Shown piece after piece: positions 8,826-18,177 of a stretch of DNA of 45,902 bases. Positions within the stretch are counted from its first letter, which is position 1; every line of letters begins with the position of its first letter. The position numbers were made by a program, and so were the translations under genes. The notes beneath the pieces were generated by a model, which was given only the letters and a program-made list of their open reading frames with translations, was not told where the DNA came from and did no database searches. This DNA comes from Candidatus Fervidifonticultor quintus (GTDB taxonomy: Bacteria > Sysuimicrobiota > Sysuimicrobiia > Sysuimicrobiales > Humicultoraceae): contig JAVKIJ010000015.1 of the NCBI GenBank assembly GCA_031459535.1, forward strand, positions 1 to 45,902. The letters are read 5' to 3'.

Positions 8826-10161
8826 CGGGCGAGAGGGAGAGGCCGGCCGCCTGCGCGACTGGCTGGCGCGAGCCGGCCGGCTCATCCCCGGCGCGACTTT
8901 CGATGAGCTGGTGCTGCCCGAGGCCGTGGCCCTCATCCCGGAGTCAGGGTCGGGGAGCCGCCTGCGCGATGTCAACGGCGGCGAGTACATCGACTACACC
9001 CTGGGCGGCGGCGCGCTGATCCTGGGCCACGCCCACCCCGACGTGGTGGCCGCGGCCGCGGACCAAGTGCGCCGTGGGTCGGCGTTTGCCATGATCTCGC
9101 CGCCGCTGCTGGAGCTGGCGCAGGTCATAGTGGAGACCGTCCCGTGTGCCGAGCAGGTCATGTTCGCGGCGACCGGCGCCGAGGCTACCTATATCGCGCT
9201 GCGGCTGGCGCGCGCGCTCACCGGGCGCGCGCGCATCCTCAAGTTCGCCGGCGGCTACCACGGCTTCCACGACGTCGGCATCCTGAGCGTGACGTCCGCC
9301 GGGCGGAGCACGACGCCCACCCCGGAATCGGCCGGTGTAGCGCCCCACGCGCTGGACGACGTGCTGGTGGCGCAGTTCAACGATATCGACGGCACGGCTG
9401 GGCTCATCCGCCAACATCACGACGCGCTGGCTGCCATCATCGTGGAGCCAGTGCAGCGCGTCGTGCTGCCCCGCCCCGAGTTCCTCACGATGCTACGCGA
9501 GGAGAGTCGGCGGTTCGGCATCACGCTGATCTTCGACGAGATCGTCACCGGTTTCCGCTTCGCCTACGGGGGCGCGCAGGAACTCTACGGCGTGACCCCC
9601 GACCTCGCGACCTACGGCAAAGTGCTCGGCGGAGGCTACCCGCTCTCGGCGATCGCGGGATCGCGAGCCCTGCTGGGTCTGGCGAATCCGCGGGGCGGGC
9701 CTGCGGCGATAAGCGGCTCTCAACACGGCAACGCCGTCGCCGCCGCTGCCGGTCTGGCAACGCTGCGGCACCTGGCCCGGCCGGGGAGTTTCCAGCGGCT
9801 TCGGTCGCTGACAGTGCTGATGGAGTCCGCACTCAAACAGGCGCTGGCCGCCGCCGGGATTGCCGGTCGGGTGGTCGTGCTGGGACCGGTGTGGCACCTC
9901 CTGCCCCTGGCAACCGGCGACGGACCGTTTCCAGACCACGCGTCCTCACTGCCCGTCGACCCGACGAGAGCTCGCGCCTGGATTGAGGCCCTCTCCATCG
10001 AGCTGACCCGCCGGGGAGTGCTGGCCTTCCCCCGCCCGCTGCGCGGCTACGTACGGGGGTACCTGTCGCTGGCGCACTCCGAAGACGACATCCGCCAGAC
10101 AGGCGAGCGCATGCGTGAGGCCCTGGAAGCCGCAACCAGGCGGGTGCAGGCCGCGTGGTGA
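8815..10161 (+). CDS. Class III PLP-dependent aminotransferase (GSA-aminomutase-like)
   Basis: DVNGGEYIDY..G..ILGHAHP, GGYHG, IIVEPV, LIFDEIVTGFR, PDLATYGK.LGGGYP (PLP Lys). Confidence 0.88.
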   Translation: MAGNGREGEAGRLRDWLARAGRLIPGATFDELVLPEAVALIPESGSGSRLRDVNGGEYIDYTLGGGALILGHAHPDVVAAAADQVRRGSAFAMISPPLLELAQVIVETVPCAEQVMFAATGAEATYIALRLARALTGRARILKFAGGYHGFHDVGILSVTSAGRSTTPTPESAGVAPHALDDVLVAQFNDIDGTAGLIRQHHDALAAIIVEPVQRVVLPRPEFLTMLREESRRFGITLIFDEIVTGFRFAYGGAQELYGVTPDLATYGKVLGGGYPLSAIAGSRALLGLANPRGGPAAISGSQHGNAVAAAAGLATLRHLARPGSFQRLRSLTVLMESALKQALAAAGIAGRVVVLGPVWHLLPLATGDGPFPDHASSLPVDPTRARAWIEALSIELTRRGVLAFPRPLRGYVRGYLSLAHSEDDIRQTGERMREALEAATRRVQAAW

Positions 10162-10185
10162 GGGCGGTGGCTCGGAAGTGGCGCC

Positions 10186-10249
10186 CTCGGGCATAGACCG
10201 GCCCTGCGCGTTTCGCGCAGGGCCCGCCGTTCACGGCGTGCTGCCCGAG
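10186..10249. terminator. Multi-hairpin structure between convergent operons
   Basis: Outer stem CTCGGGCA/TGCCCGAG encloses GGCCCTGCGCG-TTT-CGCGCAGGGCC (10200-10224) and CGCCG-TTCA-CGGCG; no U-tract. Confidence 0.5.
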
Positions 10250-10250
10250 C

Positions 10251-11555
10251 CTACTTGGCCGCGTCGGCAATCGCCTTGTTCGCGAGACGCTCCGCTTCGG
10301 CCAGGGCCCGCTCTACCGTGGCCTGCTCGTGCCAGGCCTTCTGGATCGCACCGCCGAGGGCGTCCATGACACCGTTCAGCCCCAGGTTGATGGGCAGCTT
10401 GCGGCCGTAGGGGGCGAGCCTCAGCAGGGCCTGGGCGTAGGTATCCGACTTGAAGGGTTCCTTGGCCCAGTTCGCCTTGTACCGGGGCGTGAGATCGAAC
10501 TTCCTGGCGATCTCGTAGTCCTTGGCCTCGCTGTTCAACCATTCGATCGCCTTCCACGCGAGTTCCTTGTTTCTGGCCGTCTTGGGCACGGAGAACAGCC
10601 AGGCGCCCAGCAGGCAGCCGGGCCGATCACCCGCCTTGCGCACCGGAGGCGGCGCGAGGCCCCAACCGGTCATCCAGGGCATGTTCGGCGCTTCCTTGGG
10701 CTGACGGGAGCGGATACTCACGACCTCGCTGATCTGCATGGAGGCGATCCCCTTCAGGAACGCGGCCCGGGGATCGGGGAAGTTGAGACTGGTGGACTTA
10801 TCGACGTTGAGCATCTCCAGCACCAGCTTGAGCGCCGCGCGTCCGCCGGCGTTGTTGAACGCGGCCTGGCCGCCGCGGAGGAGGTTGGGCTTGTCGATGA
10901 TGTCGGCGCCGGCGCCCCACAGCGCCCACGTGAACTTGTGCACCACGCCGTGGGGATGGCCGACGTGCCGGATGGCGAACCCCACCCGGGTGATGGTGCC
11001 CCGCGCATCCCGCTTGGTCAGCTTCCTGGCATAGTCACGGAACTCGTCCCACGTGCGCGGTGGCCGGTCGGGATTCAACCCGGCCTCCCGGAAGTGCGCC
11101 TTGTTCCACGTGAGGCCATAGATGTCGATACCCATCTGGGGGTACCCCCACATGGCGCCGCCGTAGTCTGAGAGCTCCTTGATCTCCGGGGACACCGCGC
11201 CGAACCACTGTCTGGTCTTGGCGGCGTCCACCTGCTCGAGCAGCCCTTCCTTCAGGAAGCCGGGCAACCACGATCCGTCCACGAAGAGGATGTCGGCGAC
11301 ATTGCCGGCCACGGCCGCCGCAAAGATCTTCTGCTGCATGGTGTCATAGTCGACGGCGACCATTTCCACTTTGACATTGTTGGCCGCCTCGAACTCCTTG
11401 AACAGCTCCTTGTCCGCAAACGGACTCACCGGTCCGGCGGCGATGTCGCCGGCCGGGTACCACAGGGTGATGGTCCTGGGCTGCGCCGAGGCAGGCGACG
11501 CCAGCGGGACGAGGACCAGTGCCAGCAGGATCACCAGCCATGCATGGGCTCTCAT
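10251..11555 (-). CDS. Carbohydrate ABC substrate-binding protein (paralogue 2)
   Basis: Signal peptide after AAAGGAGGAGG RBS; ADILFVDG.W, LTWNKAHFREAGL..PP.TWDE. Confidence 0.92.
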   Translation of the reverse strand: MRAHAWLVILLALVLVPLASPASAQPRTITLWYPAGDIAAGPVSPFADKELFKEFEAANNVKVEMVAVDYDTMQQKIFAAAVAGNVADILFVDGSWLPGFLKEGLLEQVDAAKTRQWFGAVSPEIKELSDYGGAMWGYPQMGIDIYGLTWNKAHFREAGLNPDRPPRTWDEFRDYARKLTKRDARGTITRVGFAIRHVGHPHGVVHKFTWALWGAGADIIDKPNLLRGGQAAFNNAGGRAALKLVLEMLNVDKSTSLNFPDPRAAFLKGIASMQISEVVSIRSRQPKEAPNMPWMTGWGLAPPPVRKAGDRPGCLLGAWLFSVPKTARNKELAWKAIEWLNSEAKDYEIARKFDLTPRYKANWAKEPFKSDTYAQALLRLAPYGRKLPINLGLNGVMDALGGAIQKAWHEQATVERALAEAERLANKAIADAAK

Positions 11556-11688
11556 GCAGCCTCCTCCTTTGTGCACGTCCCCTGACGGTTGCCGGCTCCC
11601 AGGCCGAGGGGCGTGCATGTTCATGCTTCGCCGACGCTCGCAGCAGGCCTGCTCCGTCCGCGCGTCTGCGACGTGCGCCTCGTACGGT

Positions 11689-12510
11689 CTACTTGAGCCC
11701 CGTCAGCGCGATCCCCCGGATCATGAACCGCTGGGAGAACGCGTAGGTCACCAGCATGGGGGCCACGGAGATCACCGTCCCCGCCATCAGCGGGCCGTAG
11801 TCGATGTTGCCGTAGGGGTCCTTGAAGAGGGCGATCCCCACGGGAATCGTGCGCAGGTGCTCGGAGTTGATGACGATCACCGGCCACAGGAAGTCATTCC
11901 ACGAGCTCAAGAACAACAGCATGGTCACCGCGGCCAGGACCGGCTTGATGAGCGGGGCCACAATCCCCAGGACGATCCGTACCTCACCGGCGCCGTCGAT
12001 GCGCGCCGCGTCGATGAGATCCATCGGCACGGTCTGGACCGCCTGCCGCGTGAGGAACACCGCGAACGCGCTGGCGAAGTTGGGCGCCAGGATCCCCTGA
12101 TAGGTGTCTACCCAGCCCAGCCGGGCCAAAAACACGTAGAGGGCCACGCTGGTGACCTGGACCGGCACCATGAGCGTGGCCAGGGTCAGCAGGAACAGCG
12201 GCGTCTGCAGCGGGAACCGGTAGACGGCAAACGCGTACCCCGCGAACAGCCCGAAGACGACCGAGCAGCCCACCGAGATGACGGCGACCACCAGGCTGTT
12301 CCTGTAGTAGACCAGCCAGGGCGCCTTCGTCCAGGCGTCCCGGAAGTGGTCCCAGACGATCTGGCTGGGAATCCACTTGGGCGGGAACGCGATGATGTCC
12401 GGCGCCGGGCTGACTGAGGTGATCAGCATCCAGTAGAAGGGCAGCACCATGATCAGCGCCCCACCGCTCACCACCAGGAAGACCGCCAGGCGCCACACCC
12501 GCTGCGCCAT
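11689..12510 (-). CDS. Carbohydrate ABC permease (MalG/UgpE-like)
   Basis: DLIDAARIDGAG EAA loop; WNDFLWP; FMIRGIALTGLK C-terminus. Confidence 0.93.
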   Translation of the reverse strand: MAQRVWRLAVFLVVSGGALIMVLPFYWMLITSVSPAPDIIAFPPKWIPSQIVWDHFRDAWTKAPWLVYYRNSLVVAVISVGCSVVFGLFAGYAFAVYRFPLQTPLFLLTLATLMVPVQVTSVALYVFLARLGWVDTYQGILAPNFASAFAVFLTRQAVQTVPMDLIDAARIDGAGEVRIVLGIVAPLIKPVLAAVTMLLFLSSWNDFLWPVIVINSEHLRTIPVGIALFKDPYGNIDYGPLMAGTVISVAPMLVTYAFSQRFMIRGIALTGLK

Positions 12511-13418
12511 CAGTAGGTCACCTCGTAACGGCGGCTCGCCCGGTACTGCAGGACGGTGATCACCAGGATGAACAGGAACAGCACCATGGCCTCGGCGGCC
12601 GCGTACCCGAACCGGTAGCGCTGGAACGCCTGCCTGTAGAGCTCGAGGACCACCACATTGGTGGACTCGGCCGGGCCACCGCCAGTGAGCACGAACACCT
12701 GGTCGAATACCTGAAAAGCAAAGATGCCGTTGTAGATGAGGATGAACGCGGTCACCGGCGCCAGCAAGGGAATGGTGATCTGCCAGAACCGCTGAACGGC
12801 ACCCGCACCGTCAATGGTGGCCGCCTCGTAGTACTCCTGCGGGATGGCCTGGAGCCCGGCGATGTAGATCACCATGTTGTAGCCCAGCGTCTTCCAGATG
12901 CTGAAGATGATCACCGACGGCAGGGCCCAGGTGCTGGACAGCAGCCAGGGCGAGGGGGGCAGGCCGACGAGCCGCAGCAGGACGTTGAACAGACCGTACT
13001 GTGGGTTGTACAGCCACCACCACACCACGGCCGCCGCCACGGTGCTGGTCACCATGGGGGCGAAGTAGACGCCCTTCAGCAGCTCCTTCCCCGGGAAGCG
13101 CTCGTTGAACAGCACGGCCAGGATCAGGCCCAGGGCCGCCGCGGCGGGTACGATGGTCGCGGCATAGATGATGGTGTTCTTGATGGCCAGCTGGAAGATC
13201 TCGTCGGAGGCCAGATCGATGAAGTTCTGCAGCCCCAGGAAGGTGAGCCGGCGGCGGACCAGCTCGACATTGAAGAAGCTGAAGTAGAGCGTCTGCAGCG
13301 CCGGCCACACGCGAAACAGGCCGAACGCCACCAGCACCGGCGCGATGAACAGGTAGGCGTGGAAGTAGTACCGCTGGTGCGCGCGCCGCAGCCAGGCGCT
13401 CACCTGGGGCGCCATCAC
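12510..13418 (-). CDS. Carbohydrate ABC permease (MalF/UgpA-like)
   Basis: AGLQAIPQEYYEAATIDGAG...ITIPLL; FQVFDQVFVLTGGGP. Confidence 0.93.
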   Translation of the reverse strand: MMAPQVSAWLRRAHQRYYFHAYLFIAPVLVAFGLFRVWPALQTLYFSFFNVELVRRRLTFLGLQNFIDLASDEIFQLAIKNTIIYAATIVPAAAALGLILAVLFNERFPGKELLKGVYFAPMVTSTVAAAVVWWWLYNPQYGLFNVLLRLVGLPPSPWLLSSTWALPSVIIFSIWKTLGYNMVIYIAGLQAIPQEYYEAATIDGAGAVQRFWQITIPLLAPVTAFILIYNGIFAFQVFDQVFVLTGGGPAESTNVVVLELYRQAFQRYRFGYAAAEAMVLFLFILVITVLQYRASRRYEVTY

Positions 13419-13485
13419 GACAGGCGGCCTGGGGCTGACACGGGGGCATCAGCCCGCCGTGCCAGCCCGGGTGCGCAAGACCGCA

Positions 13486-14793
13486 CTACTTGGCCGCGTC
13501 CTGGATCGCCCGCGTCGCCATGCGCTCGGCGTCGGCCAGGGCCTGTTCCACGGTGGCCTCGCCGTGCCAGGCCTTCTGGATCGCGCCGCCCACGGCGTCC
13601 ATGATGCCGTTCAGCCCCAGGTTGATGGGGAGCTTGCGGCCGTAGGGCGCCATCTTCAAGAGCGTCTGCACGTAGGTGTCGGACTTGAATGGCTCCTTGG
13701 TCCAGTTGGCCTTGTACCGCGGCGTCAGGTTGAACTTGGCCGCGAGCCGGTAGTCGTTGATCTCGCTGTTGAGCCACTCGAGGGCCTTCCACGCCAGGTC
13801 CTTGTTCTTCGCCGCCTTGGGCACCGAGAACAACCACGCACCGAGCAGCGTGGCCGGCCGGTCCCCGGCTCGCCGCGCCGGTGGCAGCGCCAGACCCCAC
13901 CCGGTGCTCCAGGGCATGGCGGGCGCCTCTCGCGGCTGGCGCGCGCGGATGCTGACCGACTCGCTGATCTGCATAGACGCGATCCCGCGCAGGAACGCCG
14001 CCCGCGGGTCCGGGAAGTTCAGGCTGGTGGACTTGTCCACGTTAAGCATGTCGAGCACCAGCTTGAGGGCCGCACGGCCGCCTTCGTTGTTGAACATGGG
14101 CTTGCCGCCCCGCAGGGCCTTGGGATTGTCGATCAGGTCGGCGCCCGCGCCCCAGATGGCCCAGATGTGCTTGTGGACGACGCCGTGCGGGTGGCCGACG
14201 TGCCGGATGGCATACCCGACCCGGGTGATGTTGCCCTGCGCGTCGCGCTTGGCCAGCCTCTTGGCATAGTCGCGCAGTTCATCCCAGGTGGCAGGCGGCC
14301 GCTCTGGATCCAGCCCGGCCTCCCGGAAGTGGGCCTTGTTCCACGTGAGGCCGTAGATATCGTGCCCCATCTGGGGATAGCCCCACATGGTACCGGCTCC
14401 GTAGTCCGAGAGCTCCACGATCTCAGGGGACACGGCCGCCAGCCAGCGCCGGGCCTTGGTGGGATCCAACTGCTCGAGGAGGCCCTCCTTGAGAAACCCC
14501 GGCAGCCAGGACGTGTCGATGAACAGGATGTCGGCCACGTTGCCCGCTGCCGCCGCAGCGAAGATCTTCTGCTGCATGGTGTCGTAGTCAGTGGCGACCA
14601 GCTCGACCTTGACATTGTTGGTCGCCTCGAACGAAGCGAACACCGTGGGATCGCGCAGGGGGAGCGTACTCTGCGTGATCTCACCGGCCGGGTACCACAG
14701 CGTGATCGTCTGCCGGGCCCCGGCTCCCAGCGGCTGCACCCCGGCCGCCAGCAGCACCACGAGCAGTACGGCGATAATCGCCAGCTTCCTCAT
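13486..14793 (-). CDS. Carbohydrate ABC substrate-binding protein (paralogue 1)
   Basis: Signal peptide, GGAGG RBS; nearly colinear with the 10251-11555 protein. Confidence 0.92.
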   Translation of the reverse strand: MRKLAIIAVLLVVLLAAGVQPLGAGARQTITLWYPAGEITQSTLPLRDPTVFASFEATNNVKVELVATDYDTMQQKIFAAAAAGNVADILFIDTSWLPGFLKEGLLEQLDPTKARRWLAAVSPEIVELSDYGAGTMWGYPQMGHDIYGLTWNKAHFREAGLDPERPPATWDELRDYAKRLAKRDAQGNITRVGYAIRHVGHPHGVVHKHIWAIWGAGADLIDNPKALRGGKPMFNNEGGRAALKLVLDMLNVDKSTSLNFPDPRAAFLRGIASMQISESVSIRARQPREAPAMPWSTGWGLALPPARRAGDRPATLLGAWLFSVPKAAKNKDLAWKALEWLNSEINDYRLAAKFNLTPRYKANWTKEPFKSDTYVQTLLKMAPYGRKLPINLGLNGIMDAVGGAIQKAWHGEATVEQALADAERMATRAIQDAAK

Positions 14794-15010
14794 GACATCA
14801 CGCCACCTCCCATGGAACCAGCATATCCCCCAGCGAGACTACTTCGGCTCCGCGGCCCCAGTCCCCGCCGGGGGCCCTCATCTCCATTACACCACTACAC
14901 CACGCGGCGGGGCGAAGGGAGTCCCCCCACCCCACCGTACCCGGGGTCGACGGGGAGTGGCCCGGCGGGCCGCCGAAGACTCTGTGGGGACGCCAAGAGG
15001 GAGGACACCG

Positions 15011-15907
15011 ATGCGATTAGGAGTCACGGTAGCCCATGCTCGTGTGCACTACGGCGAGACACCGACCCTGGAGGCGTACGAGCGGTTCGCCCAGTGGGCC
15101 GCCGCCGAGCGCTTTGAGGGCATTGAGATTGCGGCGTTTACCAGCGAGCACTTCGAGAGGGACTTCGCCGACCCGGACGCCCTGCGGCGGTTTGGTGCGC
15201 GGTGCCGCGATGCGGGTCTCGCCATCAACGCCTTTGAGGCCGGGTTTCTCCGGCACATGACCGTGAGCGTCGACCCAGCGGTGCGCCGCCGCGCCGTGGG
15301 AGAACTGGAGCGGTCAGTGCGCGTCGCCCAGGCGCTGGGGACAGATCTGGTCTACCTCCATTCCGCGCCGCACCCGTCGTGGCGTATGGAGTTCAAGCGC
15401 CTCTACGACGACTTCACGCCCCCGGTGCGGGTCGAGGTACCGGTCGGGTTCTCGTGGCCCGCCGCCTGGGAGCAGTACGTCGCCGTGGTCGGGGAGATGG
15501 CAGCGGCCGCCCAGCGGGCAGGAATCCGCCTGGCCCTGGAGATCCGGCCGTATGAGATGGTGAGCAACGCCGATGGCATGCGGCGCCTGGTCGAGGCCGT
15601 GGGCTCGCCGGCCCTGGGCCTGGTGTTCGACACCGCCCACTTCGTGGTGCAGAAGGAGCTGCTCCCGGTGGCCGTCGAGAAGCTCCGCGACCGCATCTTC
15701 CTCGTCCACCTGGCCGACAATGACGGTGCCAGCGACTACCATTGGGCGCCGGGCAAAGGTGTCGTCCCCTGGGACGGCGTCGTGGGCGCCCTGCGCAAGA
15801 TTGGCTACGAGGGCTTCGCCAACATCGACGTCGCCGGCAGCTACGACGACATCGACGCGGAAATCCGCGCCGGGCGGGACTTCTGGCTGGGACGCCTGGC
15901 CGCGTAG
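15011..15907 (+). CDS. Sugar phosphate isomerase/epimerase (xylose isomerase-like TIM barrel)
   Basis: FEGIE, IRLALE, GLVFDTAH, VHLADN...PGKG.VPW..LRKIGYEG; GGAGG RBS before ATG 15011. Confidence 0.88.
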   Translation: MRLGVTVAHARVHYGETPTLEAYERFAQWAAAERFEGIEIAAFTSEHFERDFADPDALRRFGARCRDAGLAINAFEAGFLRHMTVSVDPAVRRRAVGELERSVRVAQALGTDLVYLHSAPHPSWRMEFKRLYDDFTPPVRVEVPVGFSWPAAWEQYVAVVGEMAAAAQRAGIRLALEIRPYEMVSNADGMRRLVEAVGSPALGLVFDTAHFVVQKELLPVAVEKLRDRIFLVHLADNDGASDYHWAPGKGVVPWDGVVGALRKIGYEGFANIDVAGSYDDIDAEIRAGRDFWLGRLAA

Positions 15908-15917
15908 GGACCCGCGG

Positions 15918-16736
15918 TCAGCGGGGCGGCAGGAGCGCCCGGACGAACCGCAGGCCCTGGCCGGCTGCGGCCTCGAAGCCCGGCGCCAGGCTCATCTCCA
16001 GGCCGACGGCGCCCGCGTATCCGATCTCGCGCAGCGCTCGGGCCACGGCGCCGAAGTCCAGGTGCCCCCAGCCTGGCGCCCGTCTGTTGCTGTCGGCGAA
16101 GTGCACGTGCACCAGGTGCGCCGCGCCCAGACGCACCGCATCGGGGATGGACGCCTCCTCGATGTTCATGTGGAACGTATCCACCAACAGCCGCAGTGAG
16201 GGCAGCCCCACCTCGGCCAGGAGGTCCAAGGCCTCCCGTACCGTGTGGACGAAGTCGGTCTCGTACCGGTTCCCCGGTTCGAGGGCCAGGGTGATTCCGC
16301 GCGCCCCGGCATAAAGGGCCGCCTCGCGCAGGCACGCTGCCAGGTGGGCCGCCGCTTCGGCGCGCGAGGCGCCGTCGACCAGTTTTCCACGGACGATGCC
16401 GACGGAGACGAAGGGGGCGCCGACTTGGACCGCGATGTCGACGCACCGCGTCACCCCTTCCACGGCGCGGCGGCGCACCCCAGCGTCGGGGTGCGTGAAG
16501 GTCAGCCCGTGCTCCACCGCCAGGAACCCCGAGGCGATCACGAGTACCTCGAGCCCGCAGCGCGCCGCGGTGGCGGCCACTGTTGCCGGATCGGGATCGC
16601 TGAAGTCTGTGGGCATGATCTCCACGGCGTCATAGCCCAGCGCCGAAGCCCGGGCGAGCGCTGCCTCAAGGGACAGCGGCGTGGCTGCGGTCCAGAAGCG
16701 GGAGCCGGGAGCGGCGAGGTAGAGCGCGATCTTCAC
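15918..16736 (-). CDS. Ketose 3-epimerase-like (DTE/IolO family) TIM-barrel protein
   Basis: LEPGNRYET, DTFHMNIEE, HVHFADSNRRAPGWGHLDF, IGYAGAVGLE; GTG overlaps the serS stop (GTGA). Confidence 0.88.
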   Translation of the reverse strand: MKIALYLAAPGSRFWTAATPLSLEAALARASALGYDAVEIMPTDFSDPDPATVAATAARCGLEVLVIASGFLAVEHGLTFTHPDAGVRRRAVEGVTRCVDIAVQVGAPFVSVGIVRGKLVDGASRAEAAAHLAACLREAALYAGARGITLALEPGNRYETDFVHTVREALDLLAEVGLPSLRLLVDTFHMNIEEASIPDAVRLGAAHLVHVHFADSNRRAPGWGHLDFGAVARALREIGYAGAVGLEMSLAPGFEAAAGQGLRFVRALLPPR

Positions 16737-18007
16737 GAGGGGCGCAACTCGGTCCGGCCGCCCATGTAGGGCACCAGGGCGTCGGGGAGCCGCACCGACC
16801 CGTCGGCCCGCTGGCCGTTCTCGAGGACCGCGATCAGGGCCCGACTGGTGGCGACCATCGTGCCGTTCAGGGTGTGCACGAACTCGGCCTTGCCCCGCGC
16901 ACCGTCGCGAAAGCGAACGCCAAGCCGCCGGGCCTGGAAATCGCCGGCGTTGCTGCAGGAGTGCGTCTCGCCGTAGCCGCCGCGCCCCGGCATCCAGGTC
17001 TCGAGGTCATAAGTCTTGGTCATGGCCAGGCCGAGGTCGCCGCCGCAGAGCAGCACCACACGGTACGGCAGGCCCAGGGTGCGGACGAAGCGCTCTTCCA
17101 GACCGACCAGGTACTCGTGCTCCTCTGCCGAGTGGGCCGGGTGCGCGTACGAGAACATCTCGACCTTGTAGAACTGGTGCACGCGGTAGAGGCCGCGGAT
17201 GTCCTTCCCGTACGAGCCCGCTTCCCGCCGGAAGCAGTGGGAGAGCCCGACATAGCGCAGCGGCAGTCTTGCGGCGTCGAGGATCTCGTCCATGTGATAG
17301 GCCGCCAGGCTCTGCTCACTGGTCCCGATCAGCGCCAGGTCCTCGGCCTCGATCTTGTACGTCTGCTGGGTATCCAGCGCGAGGCCGCCCCAGGCACCGG
17401 TGATGACCTGGCTGCGGACCAGCATGGGTGTGACCATCGGCACGAATCCCTCGGCGACCAGCAGATCGAGCGCGAGGCGAACCAGCGCCAACTCCAGGAG
17501 CACCCCATCGCCGCGGAGGTAGAAAAAGCGAGAGCCGGCAGCCTTGGCGCCGCGCTCGAAGTCGAGGATACCCAGTCGCGTGCCCAGGTCTGCGTGGTCC
17601 AGAGGCGGGAAGTCGAAGGCCGGGGGCTGGCTCCAGGTGCGCACGACCACGTTCTGCGAGGCGTCGCGCCCGTCCGGGACGCTCTCGTCCGGCTGGTTGG
17701 GCAGGGCCAGCAGCGACGTGTGCAGGTCGCGCTCGATGGCCTGGACGTCGGGTTCCAGCGCGCGGATCCGTTCGGCCAGGGCGCGCATCTGGGCCATGCG
17801 CGCGTCGCGGTCGGGGCCCTGCAGTCTGGGGATCTCGGACGACGCGCGCTTCTGTTCGGCCCGCAGCTTCTCGATCTCGGCCAGCAGCGCCCGCCGCCGG
17901 CGATCGGCCTCGAGGATGCGGTCGATCGGCTCGGCGTCGAGGCCCCGCTTGCGCAGGCCGGCCCGAAACCGCTCCGGATTCTCCCTAATGCTCTTCAGAT
18001 CCAGCAT
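16733..18007 (-). CDS. serS: Serine--tRNA ligase
   Basis: N-terminal coiled coil (MLDLKSIRENPE), LIGTSE, CFRREAGSYGKDIRGLYRVHQF, SCSN.GDFQARR, HTLNGT. Confidence 0.98.
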   Translation of the reverse strand: MLDLKSIRENPERFRAGLRKRGLDAEPIDRILEADRRRRALLAEIEKLRAEQKRASSEIPRLQGPDRDARMAQMRALAERIRALEPDVQAIERDLHTSLLALPNQPDESVPDGRDASQNVVVRTWSQPPAFDFPPLDHADLGTRLGILDFERGAKAAGSRFFYLRGDGVLLELALVRLALDLLVAEGFVPMVTPMLVRSQVITGAWGGLALDTQQTYKIEAEDLALIGTSEQSLAAYHMDEILDAARLPLRYVGLSHCFRREAGSYGKDIRGLYRVHQFYKVEMFSYAHPAHSAEEHEYLVGLEERFVRTLGLPYRVVLLCGGDLGLAMTKTYDLETWMPGRGGYGETHSCSNAGDFQARRLGVRFRDGARGKAEFVHTLNGTMVATSRALIAVLENGQRADGSVRLPDALVPYMGGRTELRPS

Positions 18008-18058
18008 ACTCCCCTCTTAGCCTCCTCAGGCGAAGGCTGTGGCCATCGGGCCTTCCCC

Positions 18059-18064
18059 ATCATA
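18059..18064 (-). promoter_or_regulatory. Putative -10 (TATGAT) for serS
   Basis: TATGAT on the minus strand about 50 nt upstream of the serS start; no clear -35. Confidence 0.4.
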
Positions 18065-18177
18065 CCCCGCCGGTCCTGGAGACGGGGGACGCGCACGCAG
18101 CGGAAATCGCCCGGATGGCAGCACTGCGCCCGCGCGGCAACCCGTGGGGTGCGCCGGCCTAGTCCGTCTTCCTGGAT

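Noticed and set aside
8815-10161. Housekeeping hemL
   Set aside because: No hem genes nearby; it overlaps the ABC ATPase of the phnX-like operon and its C-terminal half is divergent.
13459-15117. Long antisense and alternative-frame ORFs (e.g. 13459-15117, 16874-18232, 24721-26319, 36059-37423)
   Set aside because: They shadow well-supported genes, have no recognisable motifs, and are expected at this GC content.
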